Assembly: GCA_036444215.1 (NCBI GenBank)
Contig: JAZGAA010000006.1
Span: 1-59,942, forward strand
Length of the DNA stretch: 59,942 bases
Reading direction: 5' to 3'
Source: Minisyncoccota bacterium
GTDB taxonomy: Bacteria > Patescibacteriota > Minisyncoccia > UBA6257 > UBA9933
Part shown: positions 1 to 9,218 of the stretch, piece by piece
Numbering within the stretch: the first letter of the stretch is position 1
Layout of the letters: the number at the start of each line of letters is the position of its first letter
Position numbers and translations under genes: made by a program
Notes under the pieces: generated by a model
Told to the model about the DNA's origin: nothing
What the model saw: only the letters and a program-made list of their open reading frames with translations
Databases searched by the model: none

Positions 1-1
1 A

Positions 2-835
2 GAACCAAAAATAGAACTAAGGATAACTACTAATAAAATTATTGATTCAGCCGGGCATTTGTTGGGTTTTGTAAAATTAGTTCATGACCGGACCCGGGAG
101 ATTGAAATTTTGCGTTCAAAAAGCGAATTTATCACCGTGGCTGCTCATCAATTAAGAACTCCTTCAACCGCTGTTCAATGGGCTTTAGATTCTTTATCTA
201 AAGAATCCCTAACGCCAGACCAAAAAGAATTAGCAGATACCGGTTTGAATGCGGCCACCAATCTTCTAAAGGTAATAAACGACCTACTTGATGTTTCTAA
301 AATCGAAGAAGGCCGTTTTGGTTATCAATTTGAGAATGTTAACATTATAAATTTTCTTGAAGAGGTTCTTGGTGAATTGATGCCGTTGGCAAAACAGGCA
401 GGCATCAAACTTTATTTTCAAAAACCGACTGAGCCATCAATTATCACTTCTATTGATCCCCAAAAATTAAAAATTGTTTTATTTAATCTTGTTGATAACG
501 CCATTAAATATAATGTGCCTAGCGGCGAAATAATCGTTGGGCTTGAGCGGGTTAAGGACCAGCCCTATATTCAAATAAGCGTTAAGGATAGCGGTATTGG
601 AGTGCCGCCTGCTCAGATTAATAAATTATTTACCAAATTTTTCCGGGCTGAAAATGTTGTTAAGGTAGATCCAAGCGGCTTGGGTTTAGGTCTTTATATC
701 GTTAGAAACGTAGTTAAGCGTCACGGTGGTGGAATTTGGGCTGAATCCGAGATTAATCGGGGCACTACTTTTTATTTTACCATTCCCACCGACCCAAAGT
801 TAATTCCGCCAAAAGAGATAGTGTATAGCGAATAG
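2..835 (+). CDS. sensor histidine kinase, C-terminal part (HisKA + HATPase_c); 5' end runs off the window
   Basis: Frame is open from nt 2. H-box AAHQLRTPSTAV, N-box DNAIKYN, G-boxes DSGIGV and GLGLGL. Confidence 0.85.
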   Translation, partial: EPKIELRITTNKIIDSAGHLLGFVKLVHDRTREIEILRSKSEFITVAAHQLRTPSTAVQWALDSLSKESLTPDQKELADTGLNAATNLLKVINDLLDVSKIEEGRFGYQFENVNIINFLEEVLGELMPLAKQAGIKLYFQKPTEPSIITSIDPQKLKIVLFNLVDNAIKYNVPSGEIIVGLERVKDQPYIQISVKDSGIGVPPAQINKLFTKFFRAENVVKVDPSGLGLGLYIVRNVVKRHGGGIWAESEINRGTTFYFTIPTDPKLIPPKEIVYSE

Positions 836-900
836 TAACCTAAAGTTCAAACAATCGTTGACGATTTAAATAAAAAAAATTATAAAACAAAGAAAAATTT

Positions 901-2523
901 ATGAGAAAATATATTTTTATAGTTGGTGGCGTGATGTCCGGGGTTGGTAAGGGCGTGGCAGCGGCTTCCATCGGAAAAATTTTACAGTCACGAGGGTTTG
1001 AGGTAACAGCCATTAAAATTGATCCTTATGTAAATGTTGATGCCGGTACAATGAATCCGACCGAGCACGGCGAGGTTTTTGTTTTGGACGACGGTATGGA
1101 ATGCGACCAAGATATGGGGAATTACGAACGGTTTTTAGACAAAGATCTTTCCGGTACCAATTATATGACCACAGGCAGTATTTATCAGGCAGTAATTGAA
1201 CGGGAAAGGAGTTTAGGCTATGGCGGTCGTTGCGTTGAAGTCGTTCCTCATATCCCTTTGGAGGTTTTAAGCAGAATTGATAAGGCAGTAACCAAAAATA
1301 AATCTCAGATTGTTATTGTTGAAATCGGCGGTACGGTCGGCGAATACCAAAACATTTTATTTTTAGAAGCAATTAGAATATTAAAAATTAAAAAACCTCA
1401 AGACGTTCTTTTGTGTTTGGTAAGTTATTTACCTCTTCAAAGTGAAGGCGAATTAAAAACCAAACCAACTCAATACGCGGTCCGTACTCTGAATTCCGCT
1501 GGTCTTCAGCCAGATATTATTATTGCTCGGGCAAAAGTTCTTTTAGATAAGAAACGCAAAGAAAAAATTGCTTTCAATTGCAATATCGTAGATGAAGGCG
1601 TTATTTCGGCGCCAAATATTGAAAGTATTTATGAAGTACCAATAAATTTTGAGAAAGATAAATTAAGCGAACTTATTTTAAAGAAATTGAAACTTAAACC
1701 ACAGAGCCGCGATTTGCGACGTTGGCAAAAACTGGTCAGAAATATTCGTCTTTCAAAAAAGCCGGTAAAAATCGGCATTGTTGGAAAATATTTCAGCACC
1801 GGAGAATTTGTTCTGGCCGATTCTTATATTTCAGTGATTGAGGCCGTTAAGCAGGCAGCTTATTTTTTTAGCAGAAAACCTTTAATTTCTTGGCTTAATG
1901 CCGAGATTTACGAGAAAAAACCCAGTCGTTTGTCAGAATTAGACGAATACCAAGGTGTTATTGTGCCTGGCGGTTTTGGCGGTCGGGGGACAGAAGGAAA
2001 AATAGCTGCTATTCGTTATTGCCGGGAAAACAAAATTCCTCTTTTAGGGCTTTGTTACGGGATGCAGTTAGCCATAATTGAATTTGCCCGTTCAGTTGCT
2101 AAACTAAAAAAAGCTCATACTACTGAAATTAATCCCGAAACTCCTAATCCTGTTATTGATATTCTACCGGAGCAAAAAAAGAATTTATCAGAACAAAATT
2201 ATGGCGGCACGATGCGCTTAGGCGCTTATCCGGCTATTATCAAGAAAGGAACAATTGCTTACCAGGCCTATAAACAGCACTTGATTTCTGAACGTCACCG
2301 CCACCGCTACGAGGTTAATCCTCAATATATTGAAAGACTGGAAAAGAAGGGATTAATTTTTTCCGGTTTTTCTCCTGATAAAAGATTAATGGAGATTCTT
2401 GAATTACCGCGAGAAGAACACCCATTTTTCGTAGCCGCTCAATTTCATCCAGAGTTTAAATCGAGGCCCCTTAACCCGCATCCATTGTTTAAAGAATTTA
2501 TTAAAGCAGCTGTTAAAAAATGA
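901..2523 (+). CDS. pyrG: CTP synthase
   Basis: 540 aa. N-terminal GGVMSGVGKG, glutamine amidotransferase motifs GLCYGMQ and HRHRYEVN. Confidence 0.95.
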   Translation: MRKYIFIVGGVMSGVGKGVAAASIGKILQSRGFEVTAIKIDPYVNVDAGTMNPTEHGEVFVLDDGMECDQDMGNYERFLDKDLSGTNYMTTGSIYQAVIERERSLGYGGRCVEVVPHIPLEVLSRIDKAVTKNKSQIVIVEIGGTVGEYQNILFLEAIRILKIKKPQDVLLCLVSYLPLQSEGELKTKPTQYAVRTLNSAGLQPDIIIARAKVLLDKKRKEKIAFNCNIVDEGVISAPNIESIYEVPINFEKDKLSELILKKLKLKPQSRDLRRWQKLVRNIRLSKKPVKIGIVGKYFSTGEFVLADSYISVIEAVKQAAYFFSRKPLISWLNAEIYEKKPSRLSELDEYQGVIVPGGFGGRGTEGKIAAIRYCRENKIPLLGLCYGMQLAIIEFARSVAKLKKAHTTEINPETPNPVIDILPEQKKNLSEQNYGGTMRLGAYPAIIKKGTIAYQAYKQHLISERHRHRYEVNPQYIERLEKKGLIFSGFSPDKRLMEILELPREEHPFFVAAQFHPEFKSRPLNPHPLFKEFIKAAVKK

Positions 2524-3386
2524 TTATTTATTTATACGGCGCTGACTCTTATAGGCGGCAAAAGAACATAAAAGAGCTTGTTAATAGTTATCGTGAAAAG
2601 TACTCAATGTTGGATTTGGGACATTTTGATTTATCAGAAAAAAATAGAGAAGAATCAGGCCATCAAAGCGAATTTTTGAAATTAAGAGAATTTATTTCAA
2701 CACCGTCGCTTTTTAGAGATAAAAAAATAGCGATTTTAGAAAATGCTTTTTTTGGGCTCAGTGCTTATTCAGTTGCTCAGCGTAATGAATTAAAAAAATT
2801 CTTTGAAAGTCAGCTTTCTTCGCAGAATTTTATTTTAATTATTTCCGAGAATAATAAACCACCGGTCGGTTTTAGTTTTTTAATTAGCGAAGAAACATCG
2901 CCTTCTGAACTTAAATTTCAAGAATTTGAGAAGTTAGAAGGCAGCCGATTAAAGCATTTCATCAAAAAAGAAGCAGATGAAAAGGGAGTTAATCTATTCC
3001 CAAAGGCAATTGACTTTTTAGCCGAGAGTTTTAACGGTGATAACTGGGGGTTGGTTAATGAACTGGAAACATTGTCTGTAGTTAAAGCGGATATTATTGA
3101 CCTAGCTAGAATTAAAGAAGTTAGTGATTATGTTTTGGCGCCAAACGCCGGGCAAAATGCGTACTACTCTATAATGAATCTTATTAGCAATCAGTCATTC
3201 TCGCAGAAAATAAGAGATTTGGAAATTTTATTTTGTCATCAAGAAGAGCCGGCAAAAATTTTTAATATTTTAGCCAGCCAAACTCAATCAATAAAATTAA
3301 CCCAAAAAATAGCCGACTATGACCCTTTGGTCAAATTCGGAATATTAGATTCCGAAGAAGTATTACTGGATTTAGTGATTAACTAA
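2520..3386 (+). CDS. holA: DNA polymerase III delta subunit-like
   Basis: 288 aa. N-terminus IYLYGADSYRRQK resembles HolA. ATGA overlap with the pyrG stop. Confidence 0.55.
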   Translation: MIIYLYGADSYRRQKNIKELVNSYREKYSMLDLGHFDLSEKNREESGHQSEFLKLREFISTPSLFRDKKIAILENAFFGLSAYSVAQRNELKKFFESQLSSQNFILIISENNKPPVGFSFLISEETSPSELKFQEFEKLEGSRLKHFIKKEADEKGVNLFPKAIDFLAESFNGDNWGLVNELETLSVVKADIIDLARIKEVSDYVLAPNAGQNAYYSIMNLISNQSFSQKIRDLEILFCHQEEPAKIFNILASQTQSIKLTQKIADYDPLVKFGILDSEEVLLDLVIN

Positions 3387-3636
3387 TCTTCAGTTTTTTA
3401 GCCAATCGTGATTTCAGTCGACTGGCTTTGTTTTTTTTGATAAGATTAACCTTGGCGGCTTTATCAAGTTTCTTATAAACTTGAGACAAGTGTTTTTTGG
3501 CTTCTTCCGGGCTGCTTTCTAATAATTTTTTATATTGTTTAATAATCGCCTTAAGGTCGGTTTTTCTTTTAAGATTTTTTTGGCGGCGTCGAATATTTTG
3601 ACGCAACGCTTTTTTAGCTGATTTAGTAATAGGCAT
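3379..3636 (-). CDS. rpsT: 30S ribosomal protein S20
   Basis: 85 aa, very basic, with an S20-type N-terminus PITKSAKKALRQNIRRR. Confidence 0.9.
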   Translation of the reverse strand: MPITKSAKKALRQNIRRRQKNLKRKTDLKAIIKQYKKLLESSPEEAKKHLSQVYKKLDKAAKVNLIKKNKASRLKSRLAKKLKIS

Positions 3637-3898
3637 GCGAATTTTATATAAATTTATGAGCGGAGTGAAAGAAATTTATCTATAAAATTCAGCACCCCGC
3701 ACATATTTTACTAATGACATCTTATCAGAATAAAAAAAGATTGTCCAGCACAAACTAATATTTACTAAATCAATATCGCAAGTAAAATATGTGCTGGGTA
3801 AAGGTTTGGTAAATAAATTTTGTTCGCCTTTGGCTCCAAAATTTATACCAAGCCCTTTATTTGCTCTGTCAACCACAATATCTTAGAATATAATCATT

Positions 3899-4477
3899 AT
3901 GATTCATTCTCTTTCCGGTAAATTAATCACCAAAAAAAGCTATTTTGCGGCTATTGAAGTAAACGGCATCGGTTTTAAAGTTTTTATTTCATCTAAAACT
4001 TTCAGGGCTTTGCCGCGGCCTGGTTTACGAGTGCGGCTTTTTTGTTATTTTTATGTCCGACAGGACGGAGCAGAATTATATGGATTTTTAAAAGAAGAAG
4101 AATTAAATTTTTTTGAACTACTTACTTCAATTACCGGCGTTGGGCCAAAAATGGCTTTAAAGATTTTAAGTGTGGCAAATATTAATAGATTAATAGCCGC
4201 TGTTAATCAGCAACGGACCGACCTTTTGGTTAAGGCCTCGGGAGTTGGTCGAAAAACAGCTAACCGGATTATTTTAGAACTTTCCGACAAGATTAAAAGC
4301 AAAAAAGACGAAGAACTGCTTTCTTTAATGGAATCAGATAGCGATATTGAAGAGGCGCTAAAAGGTCTTGGTTATAAACAGCGTGAAATTCAGGAGGCGC
4401 TTAAAAAAATCCCTTCAAAAATTAAAAAAATTGAAGAAAGATTAAAAATGGCTTTGAAGATGATGTCGAGAAAATAA
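3899..4477 (+). CDS. ruvA: Holliday junction DNA helicase RuvA
   Basis: 192 aa. ELYGF OB-fold segment and two HhH motifs (TGVGPKMALKIL, ASGVGRKTANRIILEL). Confidence 0.9.
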   Translation: MIHSLSGKLITKKSYFAAIEVNGIGFKVFISSKTFRALPRPGLRVRLFCYFYVRQDGAELYGFLKEEELNFFELLTSITGVGPKMALKILSVANINRLIAAVNQQRTDLLVKASGVGRKTANRIILELSDKIKSKKDEELLSLMESDSDIEEALKGLGYKQREIQEALKKIPSKIKKIEERLKMALKMMSRK

Positions 4478-4478
4478 T

Positions 4479-5714
4479 ATGGCAAGTAAAAATCAAATAT
4501 TAAGAATTTTATTATACGGGTTTTTAATTTTATTTATAATTTGTTGCACAGCGTTCGCCGCTACTCCCGAAAAACTCAAGGATTCCATTGAACAAAAAAA
4601 TTTAGAACTCCAGGAAATTAGCAACCAGATTAAAGAAACCCAAAAAGAGCTTGAACAAACTCAAGAAGAGGGCCAGACCCTTAAAAAAGAAATTGGAAGA
4701 ATTAGCAGTCAGGTTAATCAGCTTAATTTAAGTATTCGTTCAAGCGGGGTTATGATTGGTAAATTGGAATTAGAGGTTGAATCGCTCCAATACGACATTG
4801 TTGATACCGAAGAAAGAATTATTATTAACAGAGAAGCCATTGCCGAGGTTTTACGGCAACTTCAACAAAAAGAAGGAGAAACTACCCTAATGGTTTTTCT
4901 TAGAAATAAAAGTTTGGCAGACGGTATTTTTGAAATTCAGGGTCTGGCTGATCTTAATAATGAACTATCAGTTGAAATTGCCAATCTAAGAGATTCAAAA
5001 AATAAATTAGCAGGCGCCTTAGATGAAACAGATTACAAAAAACGGTCAACAGAAATAGAAAGCTTCAATCTTAAAAGCAAAAAAGGAATAGTTGAGGATG
5101 TTAAAGAAGAGAAACAAGTAATTTTAAGCCAAACAAAAAATCAGGAGTATTTATATCAAAAACAATTGGAAGAATTGGAAGAATTACAAAAGGAAATTAG
5201 TGATGATATTGCCGAGCTGGAGCATGAATTGCGTGCGTCCTTTGACCCCACTCTTTTACCCTTAAAACGTCCTGGTGTGCTTGGTTATCCAGTGTATGAT
5301 GTTTATATTACGCAGGAATACGGAGAAACAAGTTTTGCCCGGCGCGCCTATAAAACTAAATTCCATAATGGCGTTGATTTCAGAGCGCCTATTGGAACCC
5401 CAATAGTGGCAGTTGACGACGGAAAAGTGATTGCCGTAGGTAATAATGGCCGGGTTCAATACGGTAAATATATTATTATTGAGCATAATAATAATTTAGC
5501 CACTCTTTACGCGCATCTATCAAGACAAAGCGTTAATAAGGGCTATGAAGTTAAGAAAGGTGAGATTATTGGTTATGCTGGAAATACTGGTTATTCTTTT
5601 GGGTCTCATCTTCACTTTACTGTTTATTGGGCGCCGAGCATAACTTTTAAGTCGTTTTCAGGGGCTGGCTCTGTTCCTATAGGCGTTACTATCAATCCAA
5701 TGGATTATTTGTAA
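4479..5714 (+). CDS. M23 family metallopeptidase with N-terminal signal anchor and coiled coil (EnvC-like)
   Basis: HNGVDFRAPIGTPI and GNTGYSFGSHLHF M23 motifs; long Q/E/L-rich coiled coil. Confidence 0.85.
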   Translation: MASKNQILRILLYGFLILFIICCTAFAATPEKLKDSIEQKNLELQEISNQIKETQKELEQTQEEGQTLKKEIGRISSQVNQLNLSIRSSGVMIGKLELEVESLQYDIVDTEERIIINREAIAEVLRQLQQKEGETTLMVFLRNKSLADGIFEIQGLADLNNELSVEIANLRDSKNKLAGALDETDYKKRSTEIESFNLKSKKGIVEDVKEEKQVILSQTKNQEYLYQKQLEELEELQKEISDDIAELEHELRASFDPTLLPLKRPGVLGYPVYDVYITQEYGETSFARRAYKTKFHNGVDFRAPIGTPIVAVDDGKVIAVGNNGRVQYGKYIIIEHNNNLATLYAHLSRQSVNKGYEVKKGEIIGYAGNTGYSFGSHLHFTVYWAPSITFKSFSGAGSVPIGVTINPMDYL

Positions 5715-5715
5715 T

Positions 5716-6969
5716 ATGGTTAATTTTTTGGATTTAAGTAAAAAAATAATTCCCCGACCAATTTTTAATTTTTTTCAACCGGTTTACCATTGGTTGATGG
5801 CGTTGGCCGGCGCTATTATTTATCGATTCCCATCGTCTAAAATTTTTGTTTTAGGAACTACCGGAACCAAAGGAAAATCAACAACTTTAGAGTTAATAAA
5901 CACAATTCTGGAAGCTGATAAAAAGCGAACCGCTTTACTTTCTTCTATTCGGATAAAAATCGGTGAGAAAAGCAAAAAAAATTATTCCGGCAACACAATG
6001 CCAGGTAGGTTTTTTATTCAGAGGTTTTTACGAAAAGCCGTTAATACCAACTGCCAATATGCTTTGATTGAAGTAACTTCACAAGGGATTCTCCAATATC
6101 GTCATCGGTTTATTAATTGGCAAGCGGCAATTTTCACTAATTTAGCGCCGGAACATATTGAAGCCCACGGCTCTTTTGAAAAATATCGTAAAGCTAAAAC
6201 AGATTTTTTTACATATATTAAAAACAAACTGTTTTTCATTAACAAAGATGACGCTAATGCTAAGTATTTTACCGAGGCTGCCCAAGACGGTAAAATTGTT
6301 TTATATTCAAAAAACTCCCTAAACTCTAAACCCTATACCCTAAACCCTAATTTAATTGGCGATTTTAATAAAGAAAATATCGCTGCTGCAATTGCTTTTA
6401 TCAAATCACAAAATATTAGTGAGACAATTATCAAAAAAGCCATTGAAAATTTTCAAGGCGTTCCCGGTAGAATGGAATTTATTCCCGCCTTCGTTAAAAC
6501 TTCGGCGGGCAAGCAGCAGCCGTTTACCGTAGTAATAGATTATGCTCACACTCCCGATAGCCTTAAAAATGTTTATGAGACTATTAGAAACTCAAAACTA
6601 ATATGCGTTCTTGGTTCAGCCGGCGGAGGACGAGATAAATGGAAACGGCCGGAAATGGGCAAAATTGCCGCGGAATATTGCGATAAAATCATTCTGACCA
6701 ATGAAGATCCTTATGACGAGAAGCCATTGGAAATTTTGAGTCAGATTGAAGTTGGTATTTGTATTAATCCACGCACATTAGCGCGAAGGCCCGCTTTTAT
6801 TTACAAAATATTAAATAGAAAAGAAGCAATTAAAAAAGCGATTTCTTTAGCAAAACCAAACGATACGGTAATTATCACCGGCAAAGGATGTGAGTCATTT
6901 ATTCATATTGCTGGCGGAAAAAAAATACCGTGGAACGAAAGAAAAATAGTTGAAGAAATAATAAAATGA
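5716..6969 (+). CDS. Mur ligase family protein, MurE-like (short, lacks the N-terminal domain)
   Basis: GTTGTKGKSTT P-loop and DYAHTPDSL motif typical of MurE. Carries two in-frame repeat insertions (6313-6351, 6484-6520). Confidence 0.6.
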   Translation: MVNFLDLSKKIIPRPIFNFFQPVYHWLMALAGAIIYRFPSSKIFVLGTTGTKGKSTTLELINTILEADKKRTALLSSIRIKIGEKSKKNYSGNTMPGRFFIQRFLRKAVNTNCQYALIEVTSQGILQYRHRFINWQAAIFTNLAPEHIEAHGSFEKYRKAKTDFFTYIKNKLFFINKDDANAKYFTEAAQDGKIVLYSKNSLNSKPYTLNPNLIGDFNKENIAAAIAFIKSQNISETIIKKAIENFQGVPGRMEFIPAFVKTSAGKQQPFTVVIDYAHTPDSLKNVYETIRNSKLICVLGSAGGGRDKWKRPEMGKIAAEYCDKIILTNEDPYDEKPLEILSQIEVGICINPRTLARRPAFIYKILNRKEAIKKAISLAKPNDTVIITGKGCESFIHIAGGKKIPWNERKIVEEIIK

Positions 6970-7427
6970 AATACGAAATTCTTTCTCATCCAGCCGAGTT
7001 ACGGCTAAGGATTTACGGAAAAACAATTGAAGAATTGTTTATTAACGCTGTTGAGGCGATGGCGCAAATTTTATCAACCAAAACCAAAAACTTAAAACTC
7101 CCGCCTTCGCCGAGGCTTCGGCGGGCAGGTAAAACTAAAAGCCAAAAACTAAAAACTAAAATCAAAATTCAGTCAGTTGATGTCAACGCTCTTTTGGTAG
7201 ATTTTTTGAATGAAATTTTAGCGAAATCGCAAATTAATAAGACGGTGTATTTAGTATCCAGTATTAAGCACCAAGCATTAAACAAGAAAGAATATCAACT
7301 AGAAGCAGAATTAACATCATATCCAATAAAAAGATTTGATGAAGACATAAAAGCCGTAACTTATCAGGATGTTGACATTAAACTAAAAGCTAATAGATGG
7401 CAGACAGAATTAGTATTTGACATTTAA
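6966..7427 (+). CDS. archease (RtcB activator)
   Basis: N-terminus MKYEILSHPAELRLRIYGKTIEELF and C-terminal KAVTYQDV are archease-like. Lies directly upstream of rtcB. Contains a repeat-derived insert (7100-7170). Confidence 0.8.
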   Translation: MKYEILSHPAELRLRIYGKTIEELFINAVEAMAQILSTKTKNLKLPPSPRLRRAGKTKSQKLKTKIKIQSVDVNALLVDFLNEILAKSQINKTVYLVSSIKHQALNKKEYQLEAELTSYPIKRFDEDIKAVTYQDVDIKLKANRWQTELVFDI

Positions 7428-7431
7428 TATT

Positions 7432-8811
7432 ATGGTTCAAAAACAGGATTTAACAAAAATAAACGATTACCTTTGGGAGATTCCGAAATCATTCAGAAAA
7501 GATATGCGAGTTCCGGCCAGAGTTTATGCGAATGAAAAAATGCTGGAATCTGTTTTTAAGGATAAAAGTTTGGAGCAGTTGGTTAATTTAGCTACTTTGC
7601 CGGGAATTGAAAAGTATTCATTGGTAATGCCGGATGTTCACGAGGGTTATGGTTCGCCGATTGGCGGTGTTTTTGCCACTCGAATTTCGGAAAACGGAAT
7701 CATTTCACCCGGAGCGGTCGGGTATGACATCAATTGCGGCGTTCGTTTGTTAAAATCCAATTTGTCAGTTGGCGAAATCAGTTCTAATCTTGATAATTTG
7801 GCAACTGAAATTCAAAGAACTGTTCCGTCCGGTTTAGGCAAAGGACATTTAAAGAAATTGGATATTAGAGAATTGGATAGGATATTAGAAGACGGAGCCC
7901 AAGAAATAGTTAAGCAGGGCTATGGCAAAGAAGAAGATATTGAAAATTGCGAGGCCAACGGCAAATTGGAATTGGCTGACGCTTCAGAAGTTTCTGATAC
8001 TGCCAAAAAACGCGGCAGAGATCAGGTCGGCACATTAGGAAGCGGCAATCATTTTTTGGAAATTCAGAAAGTTGAAGAGATTTTAGATGATGAAGTTGCT
8101 AAAACTTTTGGTTTATATAAAGACCAGGTGGTTATAATGATTCATACTGGTTCGCGCGGATTAGGACACCAAATTGCAACAGATTATATCCGTTTGATGC
8201 TTCAAGTAATGCCGAAATATGGAATTCGTTTGCCTGACAAGGAATTAGCTTGCACACCTTTTAATTCTGACGAAGGGCAAAGATATTTTAAGGCAATGGC
8301 TTGCGGAGCAAATTTTGCCTGGGCAAATAGACAAATGATTACACATTATATTAGAAATGCATGGCAAAAAGTTTTAGGCGGCCAGCAGATAACAGTTTTA
8401 TATGATGTTGCACATAACATTGCCAAACTTGAAGATAATTTAGTAGTTCATCGCAAAGGCGCTACCCGAGCTTTTCCAGGTCAACCGGTTTTAATTCCTG
8501 GTTCAATGGGAACTGCTTCTTATGTTTTAGTTGGAACAGAAAAAGGAGAAGAGGCTTTCTTTTCAACTTGTCACGGAGCTGGCAGGACAATGTCACGGCA
8601 TCAGGCAATAAAGACCTTATCCGGAAAAGAAATTATAAAAGATTTAGAAAGTAAAGGAATTTTAATAAAATGTTATTCTTTGCGAGGTGTTGCTGAAGAA
8701 GCACCAAAGGCGTATAAAGACGTTGATGAAGTAGTGGAAATAGTTCATCGGGCCGGCTTATCAAAAAAGGTGGCAAGATTAAGGCCATTAGCTGTAATTA
8801 AAGGGGAATGA
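7432..8811 (+). CDS. rtcB: RNA 3'-phosphate/2',3'-cyclic phosphate ligase RtcB
   Basis: MPDVHEGYG, GYDINCGVR, GSGNHF, HTGSRGLGH and CHGAGR motifs. ATG at 7432 preferred over TTG at 7417. Confidence 0.93.
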   Translation: MVQKQDLTKINDYLWEIPKSFRKDMRVPARVYANEKMLESVFKDKSLEQLVNLATLPGIEKYSLVMPDVHEGYGSPIGGVFATRISENGIISPGAVGYDINCGVRLLKSNLSVGEISSNLDNLATEIQRTVPSGLGKGHLKKLDIRELDRILEDGAQEIVKQGYGKEEDIENCEANGKLELADASEVSDTAKKRGRDQVGTLGSGNHFLEIQKVEEILDDEVAKTFGLYKDQVVIMIHTGSRGLGHQIATDYIRLMLQVMPKYGIRLPDKELACTPFNSDEGQRYFKAMACGANFAWANRQMITHYIRNAWQKVLGGQQITVLYDVAHNIAKLEDNLVVHRKGATRAFPGQPVLIPGSMGTASYVLVGTEKGEEAFFSTCHGAGRTMSRHQAIKTLSGKEIIKDLESKGILIKCYSLRGVAEEAPKAYKDVDEVVEIVHRAGLSKKVARLRPLAVIKGE

Positions 8812-8813
8812 GG

Positions 8814-8836
8814 AAGGCCTGCTTTGTGGGCAGGCC
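8814..8836. terminator. GC hairpin between convergent rtcB and a small Zn-ribbon gene
   Basis: aggcctgc-tttgtgg-gcaggcct stem-loop followed by T-rich sequence. Confidence 0.5.
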
Positions 8837-8857
8837 TATATTGTATTAGATACGCAA

Positions 8858-9064
8858 CTAACGGAGTTCGCGAGAACGTTTTGCAATCGCATCGCGGATG
8901 AATTTCTGGTTCTGGTTGAGAATTTCAGGGCCCTTCTTTAAAAGTTCTCCGCAGACGCATTTTGTCGCTCCTATGGACGGATTTGGTATGCCACAATACT
9001 TACAAATCTTTCCTCCGATATCATCAAAAGTAAATTTCAGAGGTTTTTCTTTTGTTTTCAGCAT
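8858..9064 (-). CDS. small zinc-ribbon protein (hypothetical)
   Basis: 68 aa with CKYC...CVC cysteine pairs. No overlap with better-supported genes. Confidence 0.45.
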   Translation of the reverse strand: MLKTKEKPLKFTFDDIGGKICKYCGIPNPSIGATKCVCGELLKKGPEILNQNQKFIRDAIAKRSRELR

Positions 9065-9218
9065 TGTATCAATCCCCCTCTATTATTTTATATTTATAGT
9101 TAATATTAATAAAGCTAAAAGCAGTATAGCATACTTTTTTAGCTTTGTAAAGACCTGCTTTCTAAAATTCGTATTCATTAGTATAATTAGTATGAATTAG
9201 CATATTGGCATTACATTT

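Noticed and set aside
3676-3876. 66-aa ORF on the minus strand between rpsT and ruvA
   Set aside because: It has a GTG start, no SD and an odd composition, and it overlaps the ruvA promoter region. It is more likely non-coding leader or promoter DNA.
6313-6351. CCCTAAA repeats as telomere-like sequence
   Set aside because: There are only two to three imperfect units, internal to a bacterial coding gene. This fits the other word-repeat inserts.
8898-9200. 100-aa plus-strand ORF
   Set aside because: It is antisense to the better-supported Zn-ribbon gene and extends through an AT-rich promoter region. The predicted peptide is low-complexity and hydrophobic.
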